In this document: positions 14,273 through 26,185 of the stretch, one piece after another
Layout of the letters: each line of letters begins with the position of its first letter
Position numbering within the stretch: position 1 is the stretch's first letter
Assembly: GCF_006345805.1 (NCBI RefSeq)
Contig: NC_043006.1
Location: 15,252,001 to 15,316,000 of the forward strand
Length of the DNA stretch: 64,000 bases
Origin: Octopus sinensis
Lineage: Eukaryota
Direction of reading: 5' to 3'
The notes under the pieces: model-generated
Databases searched by the model: none
Told to the model about the DNA's origin: nothing
The model's input: only the letters and a program-made list of their open reading frames with translations
Made by a program: the position numbers and the translations under genes

Positions 14273-14407
14273 ACACGTGTATATGTATATCTTTGCATAA
14301 ATGTACGTATATAATCCATCACCAACACTGCACTGCCACAGATTCCACCATTACCATCACTGCTGCCACCACCGTTTACTACTACTACTACTACTACTAC
14401 AACTACA

Positions 14408-14444
<37 letters not shown>

Positions 14445-14791
14445 ACTACTACTACTGTTGTTGTTGCTGCTCCTAACACGTTATATATTATATAATACGC
14501 CCTTTAAGAGTACCTATCTTTCCCACTCACACGTTTAATTGTTTTCTTAACAATGCTGTGGCCACATATTTCAGCAAAATCGTTTTTTTTTTTGTAGCAC
14601 TAAGTTACACGGACATTTTTCTCAAATGGTGTTAATAAAGAAACGCAAATGTGCGAAGAATAGAAACACGCAAGCAAGCAAGCACGCACACGCATAAACA
14701 CACAAACACTTGTATAGATACAAAAAAGGTGAGCGCACTCATATATTCATGACAGGATTTCTTTTATCAGTTTCCCTCACCACCACAAGGT

Positions 14792-14842
<51 letters not shown>

Positions 14843-14942
14843 GCAGAAGTTTTAAAAGACACGGCAGATACCGTTCAATGAGATCAAACTAGATTAAGTT
14901 GTTGCGAAGCGAATGCTTAATCATTCAGCCATGCCTGAGTGC

Positions 14943-14989
<47 letters not shown>

Positions 14990-14997
<8 letters not shown>

Positions 14998-15188
14998 CAC
15001 GTGACCGACCAGACCATCAGATGTTGTTACACATCGCTTGTCACAATGCGTTCGCATTGTTTTAGCCTTCGAATGACGCCACCCCGCTGGCTAAGCGAGC
15101 AGGCCAATAGAAGAAAGAGTGAGAGAAGAGTGGCGAAAGAGTACAGCAGGGATCGCCACCCCCTGCCGGAGCGTCGTGGAGCTTTAAG

Positions 15189-15190
<2 letters not shown>
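14990..15190 (-). mobile_element. SINE family C' (alternative tail), 5'-truncated, between (TA)n tracts
   Basis: Shares GGAGCTTTA(A)GGTG and CAGCAGGGATC..CCCCTGCCGGAGC with family C, but its tail matches 36160-36288 and 49423-49570. Confidence 0.75.
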
Positions 15191-15228
<38 letters not shown>

Positions 15229-15344
15229 CATAAAATACAAAATGTGACAAGAATGCAAAACATCCAGAAGACGATACAAAAAACACGGACGGGGTCTTCG
15301 AGTATATATAATAATAATAATATTAGGGAATATTATTCAAAACC

Positions 15345-15391
<47 letters not shown>

Positions 15392-15640
15392 TATATATAA
15401 ATAAGGATAAGATCGTTAATTTAAATTAAATAACGATCTTATCAAGTGGCCAGCATGGAAATAAAAACCTTCAAAGGTAATAATTATTATTATAATTATA
15501 ATTTAGGGTATCTCATAGATACCCTAAATTATAATTCTCTCTCTATATATATTATGCGCGTGTGTGTGTGTGTGATTGTGTGCGTTCGTGCACGTGTGTG
15601 AGTCTCAGTGTGTGTGTGTGTGTGTGTGGTTTTTGTCATA

Positions 15641-16047
15641 CTCTTTTTACTCTTTTACTCTTTTACTTGTTTCAGTCATTTGACTGCGGCCATGCTGGAG
15701 CACCGCCTTTAATCGAACAACTCGACCCCGGGACTTATTCTTTTGTAAGCCCAGTACTTATTCTATCGGTCTCTTTTGCCGAACCGCTAAGTGACGGGGA
15801 CGTAAACACACCAGCATCGGTTATCAAACAATGCTAGGGGGACAAACACAGACACACAAACATGCACGCACATACATATATACATATATACGACGGGCTT
15901 CTTTCAGTTTCCGTCTACCAAATCCACTCACAAGGCATTGGTCGGCCCGGGGCTATAGCAGAAGACACTTGCCGAAGGTGCCACACAGTGGGACTGAACC
16001 CGGAACCATGTGGTTGGTTAGCAAGCTACTTACCACACAGCCACTCC
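15641..16047 (-). mobile_element. SINE family A, full length
   Basis: Head GGAGTGGCTGTGTGGTAAG..GGTTCAGTCCC, internal (TA/TG) tract, tail GGCGGTGCTCCAGCATGGCCGCAGTCAAATGACTGAAACAAG(TAAAAGAG)n. Confidence 0.9.
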
Positions 16048-16684
16048 TATCCACAATTCATTCATAAGACAAGAAAGAAACGAGGAAACTTTATCTCCAT
16101 AGCTTCGAAGCTGGCAACAGCAGACTAACGGAATTAACTGGGGGAAGATGGCTTCCTACAATCCCGCTGGCCTAGAAAACACGACGCAAGGTAAATAATA
16201 TCTGCGACTGTCTTTTATGATTTTGGCAATTTCATGACATTCTCACGCAAGCTCAGTTGTCTTGACTTTATTTTGACACTTGGCGTATTATGAGAGAACT
16301 GGAGAGTGGGTCTGATGGGTGTGAACGTTCGCTTGTGTAGCATCTGTGTCTAGCGAGTAAGATTGCATAGGACACCATTGCCAGGCCTCCAACTAAAGAT
16401 CAAATAGTCTTGCTGTGGCAGTTGGGGATATTCTGCGCATCTGTGACAATGGAAATATCGACAGTTTCGTAGTTCATGTATAATAAACGTGGATGGTGTA
16501 AATTAGACGGGAGTAGTTGGGATTCTCTAGTTTGCTTAATAGGTGCGTCTGTTTTTTGGAGAACCGTGCTGCTGGAGTTATTGCCTACATCGATCACAAA
16601 CCAGCGAAATTGATAATTTTAGACTTTCTTCCCAAGCCCATTACTTTCCTCTCCTTCAAAATTATATGGTTAGATAAATACATA

Positions 16685-16870
16685 TACGAGGGGATACTAG
16701 AAAGGATCAGTTAATTAGGTTTCCTTCAACATGTTGCCCTCTCAGATAAATACACTTATTGCAGCGGTCCTTCAGTTTTTCTAAACCCTGTAAAAGAACT
16801 CGGAAGGTTGGGCCTCTAACCAGGCCTTTCGCGACACCTTAAAGCCAGGAACCTTTCAGTGGCCCCTCGT
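16685..16870. mobile_element. Mariner-derived non-autonomous element (one end internally deleted)
   Basis: Ends TACGAGGGG and GCCAGGAACCTTTCAGTGGCCCCTCGT; related TIR fragment at about 12285-12340. Confidence 0.6.
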
Positions 16871-19125
16871 CAGAAACTGCCAGTTGTTCAATGTTTTTCC
16901 TTAAACTCATTATTATACATACCAACAAAACAAGCGTTACAGAAATAAATATTCTAAATTTAAATATATCACGAACGTTTCTTTGTTAACAATTTGAAGT
17001 TTTTTGTTTTAATTGTTAATCTTAATTAAAACTTAACTGGAATCTCATAATGTAATATCCTACAAAGATTTGAAGTTTAATTTGAAGTGTCCAGCTGTGC
17101 ATTTGTAGTGGTAAACCGAAATCAAATTATGTCTAAGACATAAAAATGAACGGTTTGATAATAGAGTGTAAACAAGTTGTTTATTAAAATTATCATATAT
17201 ATGAAGGAAAGGACATGCTTTATAGACCTATTAGCAAAGTGTATGGAGAGAGTCGTATCCATATACCCATCTAGTTTTATAACCATTCTCATTAGAAACG
17301 GGATATACAGCAATCCACTTAGATCATATTACTGAACCTGAACTTAAAGAGAAAATAATCTCTGGAACCCTTCAAATTCTTAGAAGGTCTTCCAGAAACA
17401 TCTATAAAGTTTTCTTTAGAGTTGAGCGGTAAATGGCTGAGAAAAAGAATAATGCAAAGAATAGGATAGCTGTTTTGTAATAAAAAAAATTTTGTTTAGA
17501 ACCTTCCTATCGAGTAGGAGGCCATTCAAAATAAACTATCATCTCCAAGAAGAAATGCAGCAAAAACATACAGCGATAGATAAATTTATCTATTTTATTT
17601 ATAATGTCAATGGTAAACGGTGAAAACATTGGGCATGGTTGACTGTAAATTCGGGAGTGTCAGGAAACTGGACACAAATAAAATCAAGATAAGTAGAGAA
17701 TGATACTCATAGCTTCTGAGTTACAGAATTACTATGAAAAGCATGGATAATAATGATTTAAAATTTTGGCACAGGGGCAACACTTTTAGAGGAGAGTGTA
17801 AGTCGATTACATCAAGCCCAGTGCTTGATTGATGCTTATTCGGTCGACCCCGAAGGAATGAAAAGCAAAGTCAATCTCCACAGAATTTGAATTCAGAACG
17901 TAAAGAGTTAAATTTACACTGCTGAACATTTTCTCCGACTTGCTAACAATGCTGCCAGTTCATCCCCTTATTATGGATAACAGGTTACAAGTGAATCCGC
18001 CCTTCATTGATCCCATGAGCGACTGCATTTGCTTCGACAGAGTAATTAGAATCACAATCTGTGCATTATACTCAATGTATACATACCCTGTTGAAAGGCA
18101 CTTCGCTGTGGTTTTTGTCTGTGAGAAAATCTCTTCATAGACATGTGCGCTTTTATCTGAAGCAAAAAAAAAAAAACACATATACATTGAGTATAATACA
18201 CAGATAGCGATTTTAATTCAAATCTGTTGTAATTGTCTTCACCGAATTTTTTTTTACAGTCTGGCAAGATCTCCGCAATATCAGTGAATGTATCATTCAG
18301 TTTGCTATATATCAAAGCACGAATTTCCTCTAAGCGAGCAACAAACAGATGTACAGCATTGAAAACTCCCCAAATAGAGCAAAACATATCTGACATTCAT
18401 GTGAGTCACTGCAGCGATGATGTTCGTCTCTCTCCGATATACATTGTATTTTGGCAATAACATGTCTACGAAGAGACTTTCCCTCAGACGACAAAAGCCA
18501 CATCATCACACCTTTCGACGATTTTCATATCTTGATTATGATACAGGGTGGTGTTTTTAATTTAATGCCATTTCAATTGCATTCACCGAGTAATTAGAAT
18601 TATTTATTTTATCAATTCTTCAAGATGTATGCTATTCACCATCCTTAGTTCAAACACAGAATCAATTACCGAACATAGAGCTCTTTAAAATCTCTTATTC
18701 GCATATGATGAAATATCTAAATACGTTCCATCAGAATCAATCAACAAAACGAAGCAGATTATAAAAAAATAAAAATGCCAAACCATTTACAGAAACGACA
18801 AACGTTTTAATGATTTCAGTGATAACTTACTAATCTAAAGTATTAAGATCGATAAATACTTTTTTTTTTCTGACATGTGTTTGATTTGACATTCGATATA
18901 AGAATATAATTAAGAGAGAGAGAGAGAGAAAAAAAAAAAGAAGTAACAAAAAACCCAAAACAAATAATGATAATATATGCAAGAAATTTTAATTAAATTG
19001 ACTTAAATCTCGAAAAAATCGTAAAATATTGACTTTGGGACTTGTTTCTTAAAATGACAAACATTTTATTTTATCACAGTTGAAAACGAATGACAGTTCT
19101 GAGAACTCCTCCTCTCTTTCTCCTC

Positions 19126-19172
19126 CCCCTACCACCACCACCACCACCACCACCACCGCCACCACCACCACC

Positions 19173-19205
<33 letters not shown>

Positions 19206-19249
19206 ACCACCACCCCACCACCACCACCACCACCACCACCACCACCACC

Positions 19250-19282
<33 letters not shown>

Positions 19283-19315
19283 ACCACCACCACCACCACC
19301 ACCACCGCCACCACC

Positions 19316-19348
<33 letters not shown>

Positions 19349-19385
19349 ACCACCACCACCACCATTACTACTACTTCTACTACTA
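19126..19385. repeat. GC-rich (CCA/CCG)n trinucleotide tract
   Basis: About 260 bp; block CCACCGCCGCCACCGCCGCCGCCGCC recurs three times. Confidence 0.95.
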
Positions 19386-19678
19386 CCTTGGTTTTCTTTT
19401 ATTTCTGTGAATGACTTTGAATGAAGTAACGTTATATCCCGTAAGGTAAAGGCTCTCAAAATTAATACAGTAAAAATGTCGTCTTGTAGCACTTAAGATT
19501 TTGTAGTTGGTGAGTTTCTACCATTTAACGTTGTTCGGGGTCGTTTGTTGTCTTTGTAGCTGTACTATACTTGCAGATACTGAAGTAGTAGTAGTAGTAG
19601 TTGTTGTTATAGTTGTTGTTGTTGATATAGTTGTCGATGTTACTGTTGTTTCCGAATGACAGAGAGACAGACAGAAAG

Positions 19679-19743
<65 letters not shown>

Positions 19744-20666
19744 CACACTATAATACACACGCATGCACACACATACACACATACACATGGACATACACAC
19801 ACAAGCAGACAAGCACAAACACACTAGCACACATAAACATATACACATACACAACCACATACGCATACACACACACACACACACACACACAGACACACAC
19901 ACACAGACATATAGACATACACAATCATATACGCATACACACACGCATACTCACACACACATGCACATGGGACACATACTCACATTAAACTTTATTTACC
20001 TTGATTTTAAACACTTTTATATATTTCGTGTCACTTTCCACTTCGGATGTTTACTTGAAGACTGAATTCAATTTTTAGGGCTTCCATACATTCTTAAGTT
20101 TCTTTATCTGCAGCGACCCCTTCCCAACTTCTCTCGCTCTCTTTTACCCTTTCTCTCTCTTCCTCTCTTGTCATCATTCTTTTTCTCTCTTTTTCTCTCT
20201 TTCTCTCTCTATCTCTCTACCCCCTCTGTGGTTGTCCTCTTGTCTTCGTTCTCCTCTCTCTCACCTTCTGTTTCAGTCTTTCAGTCTCTCTTTCACCCTT
20301 TTCTTTCTTTCTTTCTCTCTTCATTTTCACTCATTCTTTCTCTTTTATCCTCTCTACCATTCCCTCTCTTTCTCTCATTCTTTCACTTTTATTCATCTTC
20401 TTTCATCTCTTAGTTAAATACAATATATTTAACACATTTTCTGTCTATATTTCTCATTTTCATTATTTATTTTATATATATTTTTTTATGTCAGTTCTTC
20501 CCCCCCCACTCTATCTCTATCTTTGTTTCGTCTATGCTTCATTTTCTTCTCTTTTTCCATAATACTTCTTTTCAGATTCTTTTAAATAATTATTTCGGAT
20601 CGCTTCACCCCGAAGGCAGATCTGGTGTTGGTGAATTATTATTAGTAATCTATAGCCATTGCATGT

Positions 20667-21002
20667 GTGAAGGCGCATGGCTCAGTGGTTAGAGCGTCGA
20701 GCTTACGATCGCGAGGTTGTGAGTTCGAATCCTGGACCGGACTGTGTGTTGTGCTCTTGAGCGAGACACTTTATTTGACGTTGCTCAGTTCACTCAGCTG
20801 TAGAAATGAGTTGCGACGTCACTGGTGCCAAGCTGTATCGACCCCTTTGTCTTTCCCTTGGATAACACTGGTGGTGTGGAGAAGGGAGGCCGATGTGCAT
20901 GGGCGACTGCTGGTTTTCCATAAACAACCTTGCCCGGACTTTTGCCTGAGAGGGTAACTTCCAAGTTGCAACCCCATGATCAGTCATGACCGAAGGGGGT
21001 CC
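20667..21002 (+). mobile_element. tRNA-derived SINE family E
   Basis: Head GGCGCATGGCTCAGTGGTTAGAGCGTCG..GGTTGTGAGTTCGAATCC (boxes A and B); homologous to 36550-36880. Confidence 0.85.
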
Positions 21003-21358
21003 TTCTAAGCCATTGCAAGCTGCTCCAGGCCCAATCAAAGTGGCATCTTTTGCGACGTCAGAAATGTTCGCTGAATCATGTTAGCTGGGAAGCAGGTGAA
21101 GTTATCCAATGCTTAGTGTGATTATGAATTGCCCCCACCTGTTATCTCTTCACTGTAATATGGCTTCACATTTTGGCACTAGGCCAGCATTTTTTTGAGG
21201 GGAGGAGAAGTCGATTATATTGACCTCAGTACTTGACTAGTGCTTATTTCACCAACCCCGAAGAATGAAAGGCAAAGTCTACCTCGGTGGAATTTGAACT
21301 CAAATTGTAAAGACTGGCAAAATGCCGGTAAGCATTTTGTGCTGTGTGTTAACGATTC

Positions 21359-21770
21359 TTATTTCTTTATTGCCCACAAGGGGCTAGACACAGAGGGAAC
21401 AAACAAGGACAGACAAAGAGATTAAGTCGATTACATCGACTCCAGTGCGTAACTGGTACTTATTTAATCGACCCCGAAAGGATGAAAGGCAAAGTCAACC
21501 TCGGCGGAATTTGAACTCAGTATGTGACGGCAGACGAAATACCTATTTCTTTACTGCCCACAAGGGGCTAAACACAGAGAGGACACACAAAGACAGACAA
21601 ACGGATTAAGTTGATTATATCGACCCCAGTGCGTAACTGGTACTTATTTAATCGACCCCGAAATGATGAAAGGCAAAGACGACCTCGGCGGAATTTGAAC
21701 TCAGAACGTAGCGGCAGACGAAATACCGCTAAGCATTCGCCCGGTGTGCTAACGTTTCTGCCAGCTCGAC
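21359..21770 (-). mobile_element. SINE family B head-to-tail dimer
   Basis: TATTTC at 21360 and 21544 (184-bp period); head at the right end. Confidence 0.85.
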
Positions 21771-22283
21771 GTCTTCCTCTTTAATATAGAAGCACCACTG
21801 TTGTGATGGTGTACTGGTATGATGAATGGTCTGTTGATAGTATTGGTTATGCTGCCAGTTTTGCTGATGCTGGTATTGGTGCTGGTGCAGGTGTTGTTGT
21901 TGTTGTTAAGCAACAAGACGAGCAACGGTGATTAGGTGATGGTCTAGGTCTTAGGGGCGGGAGACCCCAGACCTTTAAAAAAAAGTTTGGTCGTCTTGTT
22001 GTAGTTGAGTGCTTTTCGTTGACGTCCGACACCACTGGGAAGTGGCCCTCGAAGTCGATGTAAATGAAAATCTCCAGGTCCAAATTCTTGATCGCCAGGT
22101 GTAGGTGTTGTTAGTGGTGGTGCTTACAGATGAAATTTTGGAGGTGTTGTCTGCTAAAGACGTGAAACTTCCGTACTATTTTCTATGCCAACGTCAGCAC
22201 TGTGTTTAACAAAGCGTGTTACTGGTGTTGGTGGTGACGAGGTTTTCCGTCGTATCCATCGCCGTCGCTGTGATAGATTAAAT

Positions 22284-22674
22284 GATGGAAGCACTCCGTC
22301 GGTTACGACGATGAGGGTGCCGGTTGTTCCGAATCAACGGAACAGCCTGCTCGTGAAATTAACGTGGAAGTGGCTGAGCACTCCACAGACACGTGTACCC
22401 TTAACGTAGTTCTCGGGATATTCAGCGTGACACAGAGAGTGACAAGCCGGCCCCTTGAAATACAGGTACAACAGAAACAGGAAGTAAGAGTGAGAGAAAG
22501 TTGTGGTGAAAGAGCAGCAGGGATCACCACCATCCCCTGCCGGAGCCTCGGGAGCTTTTAGGTGTTTTCGCTCAATAAACACTCACAACGCCCGGTCTGG
22601 GAATCGAAACCGCGATCCTATGACAGCGAGTCCGCTACCCTAACCACTGGGTCACTGGGCCATTGCGCCTCCAC
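22284..22674 (-). mobile_element. SINE family C, full length
   Basis: Near-identical to 12595-12982; 12-bp TSD GATAGATTAAAT (22272-22283, 22675-22686). Confidence 0.9.
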
Positions 22675-23324
22675 GATAGATTAAATAACGAGAAGGTGAA
22701 AAACAGATGCTTTTACGGTTCTGAATTTTTTTCTTTTTGTGAATGGCGGTGCTTCACTTTCTTGTTGCTTTTTCCCCACCACATCTCATTTGTAAAAACA
22801 CGACGCCATTTTCAAATTAAATTTTTTTTTTCTGCTGGAGGTTTTTTTCGAAGGCTATAAAATGGAATTGTGGTCCCGCTGGGGACTGAAAGAATCAGAC
22901 AATGTGCAATTAGTCAGTTCTGAAACAAGACAGAACACAAACGCAAAAAAAAAAAAAAAAAAAGGATGTTTTAAGTGGGTAATGTCGACAACAAATATAT
23001 CATTTGAAGGGAATGTTACGAAATTGTGACTTATCATCCTGCTGTAATAACAAGAATAATAACAGAAATAAATGTAATAATAATATCGTTTCTTTATTGG
23101 CCACAAAGGATTCAAAGAAATACGAAGAGCGTTAACCGAAATGATGTGTGGATGAGAGAGATATGTAATAAAAAGACAAAGGGAAAGAAGAGAGATGGTA
23201 TACAGTAAGTATAATGGGACGATCTGAAAATTACAAAAACAGAAATATAATTATATAAAATAAATTAAAAAGATGTATTATTAACACATTTCTTAAAACA
23301 AGATACACTTACGTTTATGTAAAA

Positions 23325-23704
23325 CTAGCAGTATCGCCCGGCGTTGCTCAGGTTTGTAAGGGAAATAACTATAAAGCATTTTTAGAGAGTTATAGCCAAA
23401 AATAGCAAAAAAATTGAAAAAATTATGGTAAATTTTTTTGAGATTTAAAAAAGGTGGAGTTGCGTCCCCTAGACAGTTATGGTTTGTGTTTCTAATTCTC
23501 GACCCCATGTCGAATTTATCGATTTTTTTCAGAACTGGGGGAACTTTTCAAAATTTCCGCTGCGTTAGTTTTGAATTATGACATTGGGCTATGTGTGTGT
23601 CAAGTTTCATCAGAATCGGTTGAAAGCCGTGGTCAGGGTGAGGGTACAAGCAAACAGACACACAGAAACACGCACAGACAAACTGCCGTTTATATATAGA
23701 GAGA
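23325..23704 (-). mobile_element. Non-autonomous Helitron
   Basis: Minus strand A|TCTCTCTATATATAAAC ... CCTGAGCAACGCCGGGCGATACTGCTAG|T; 3' end shared with 11662-12142. Confidence 0.8.
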
Positions 23705-23861
23705 TTTTAAACGTCCACTTCTGTTGATCAGGGTACACTCCTACCCTGATTACATCTTCTCTGCATATAATTTAATGTAGGTGATTCCAGAATCCTCCAT
23801 AGAGATCTACTGTGTCTCGAAGGGCTCAAAATCTTTGGATAGTTTACATGTACAAGGCAGT

Positions 23862-23868
23862 AATCATT

Positions 23869-23907
<39 letters not shown>

Positions 23908-24240
23908 GTTTAACGTCCGCTTTCCATGCTAGCATGGGTTGGACGATTTTGACTGAGGGCTGGCGAACCAGATGGCTGCACCAGGCTCCAATCTTGATTC
24001 GGCAGAGTTTCTACAGCTGGATGCCCTTCCTAATGCCAACCACTCCGAGAGTGTAGTGGGTGCTTTTTACGTGCCACCGGCACGGGGGCCAGTCAGGCGA
24101 CTTTGGTAACGATCTCGCTCGAATGGTACCCTTTTACGTGTCACTGGCACGGAAGCCAGTTGGCTGCTCTGGCAACGATCACGCTCGGATGGTGCTCTTG
24201 GCACCCTACTAGCACGGGCACAAGTGCCAGTAAGGTGACG
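23862..24240 (-). mobile_element. RTE-related short retroposon with (ATG)n tail
   Basis: RC contains GGTTGGCATTAGGAAGGGCATCCAGCTGTAGAAA and ends GGACGTTAAAC(GAT)n; RTE association is from recollection. Confidence 0.6.
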
Positions 24241-24829
24241 AAGGTTCTACCAATAGTTTGTTTCTTTTTGTGCATAATAAATGCATAATAGATGTACCAT
24301 AAATACATGATATTCCATAATAAAACACACATACATTAAAACCATATATTTTTATGTAAAAACTTTAAATGTTCAATTGCGTCGGTCAGAATACTCTACT
24401 ACCAAGATAATATCTCCCTACGTATCCTCTCTATGTATTTCATATATTACTTAATACTGGCTATTCCAGAATTCTCTGTGAGGAGTTACTTTGCCAGAAA
24501 GGGCTTACATCATGTGGATTAGCTTACGTTTTAATGCGTATTATATATTGTAAATTTTATTGATAATTTATAGTTTTTGTTGCTTTTCCATCACTACTTC
24601 CTTCGCTCAGTACTCATGCCAGACCAGTACCTCATTTCGAGTGTCCTTTTTCTGTTGTTGTTCATATACATATTCAACTACCAGTTTTTGCTCTTGAATG
24701 ACTGCGAAGACCATTTCACTCGAGTAAGAGATTGATTAGGGGGAGTTTACGAAAAAAACAAAAGACGAAGACAGGTGGTGTACAAAACAAACAGATGTAT
24801 TAGTATAACGCCCAGGAATAGAAAAAAGG

Positions 24830-24865
24830 CTTTTACGTTTCGATTCTACGCTATTCTACAGAAAG
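24830..24865 (-). ncRNA. Degenerate minimal hammerhead-like motif in a probable PLE terminal relic
   Basis: CTTT-CTGTAGA-ATAGCGTAGAATC-GAAA-CG-TA-AAAG; stem I CTTT/AAAG and palindromic ACGT, but the core reads CUGUAGA and stem II is broken. Confidence 0.35.
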
Positions 24866-25300
24866 GGACACAGAAAAAAAACAAGGAGAGAAACAAGGAG
24901 AGAAAAAAAGGAGAGAAAAATGTGTATAGTAGCTAAAGATCTATCATGGCGACTGACCCCTACTTGATTACACCCACTTCACTAAAGATGCTAGGAAGGA
25001 GTCTCTTTCTCTTCACAGGAGACAAACCCTTCAGCAGAGAGGTGCTTCACCTCACGATAGTTTGGTTCTTTTACACGAGATTGATTTCCCTCCGGAGATC
25101 GTTTACTCTTCATGTAAAGTGTGGCCCTCATCACGCTTTTTATTGTGTTTTTCGATTTCTTTCTTTGGATCTTTTTAATGTATATTTTAAACGCGCCTAC
25201 CAGTCTCCTGTAGCCTCCATTCATTCCCATCCTTATAAGTGGGTGTGGAAAATGCTGCTGTGAAGGGGAGTTTCTCGATGATTCAGATGTAGTTGCTGTT

Positions 25301-25534
25301 GGGCGAGCTGGCAGAAACATTAGCACGCCGGGCGAAATGCTGAGCGGTATTTCGTCTGTCGTTACGTTGTGAGTTCAAATTCCGCCGAGGTCGACTTTGC
25401 CTTTCATCCTTTCGGGGTCGGTAAATTAAGTACCAGTTACGCACTGGGGTCGATGTAATCGACTTAATACCTACGTCTGTCTTTGTTCGTCCCCCCTATG
25501 TTTAGCCCCTTGTGGATAATAAAGAAATAGGTAT
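25301..25534 (+). mobile_element. SINE family B monomer
   Basis: Complete head to tail, ending AAAGAAATAGGTAT. Confidence 0.85.
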
Positions 25535-26107
25535 GGATGAATCTCGTTTCTGCAGGTTGAGTTTGGGAGAAGAGGTATGTAGCTCTTAGCTACTAGCAAT
25601 AAAGACGGGTTAATTTCCTTTGACGACTGACTGCACTGGTACCACTTTAGGACCATCACTCTCCACAATTTTTTCTTTTACCCCCACATATTTAGCAACT
25701 AGGATTTCTGCTTTGAACACTGAATTTTAAGTTCTTCTCAGTACCCTCTTAGGACACAATTCTGGTGTTATTTCGGGACTGCGGCATCATGAAGATTTGC
25801 ATGTTCATAGTGACTGCACTCGACCGCATGTCACCGAAAGCTATGTCGGCACAGACTACTTGTCCATACTGTTAGATGACTAACAACCAGGGGTGATTCG
25901 TCATCGATGCCCCCGACAGTGATTGCTGTGTTTCTACTTACCGAAAATTATGGGGCTGGTTTAGAGGCAGCTGTGTCTCATACAAGTTGGGCTTTCACTT
26001 TACTGTAGCTTTGTCATTAGTTTTGAAAATGACAGAAATAGTGTTCCTTTGTAGATAAAGAAGATATTACTGAACATATCTGGCGGCCACCTTTCACTCT
26101 TTCTTAG

Positions 26108-26185
26108 ATGGAAAAACCCTTGTGGCCTCCGCAAAACACAAATAGGTTACATTTCTCTTTGGAAGTCCTTCTGTGACAGATTTTG
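26108..26185 (+). other. Candidate 78-nt exon of an unidentified + strand gene
   Basis: Acceptor CACCTTTCACTCTTTTCTTAG, donor TTG|GTAAGC; one open frame (WKNPCGLRKTQIGYISLWKSFCDRF); no homology recognised. Confidence 0.3.

Noticed and set aside
19049-19492. Poly-Gly/Pro/His/Thr ORFs
   Set aside because: Produced by the CCA/CCG tract in several frames on both strands; no splice or domain context.
20667-20740. tRNA genes at SINE heads (also 12900-12980, 36031-36100, 36550-36615)
   Set aside because: Box A/B present but no acceptor stem, and each continues into a SINE body.
21780-22270. Possible decayed LINE ORF1 on the minus strand (AIKNLDLEIFIY..EGH)
   Set aside because: Only vague resemblance, with many stops and no intact zinc knuckle.
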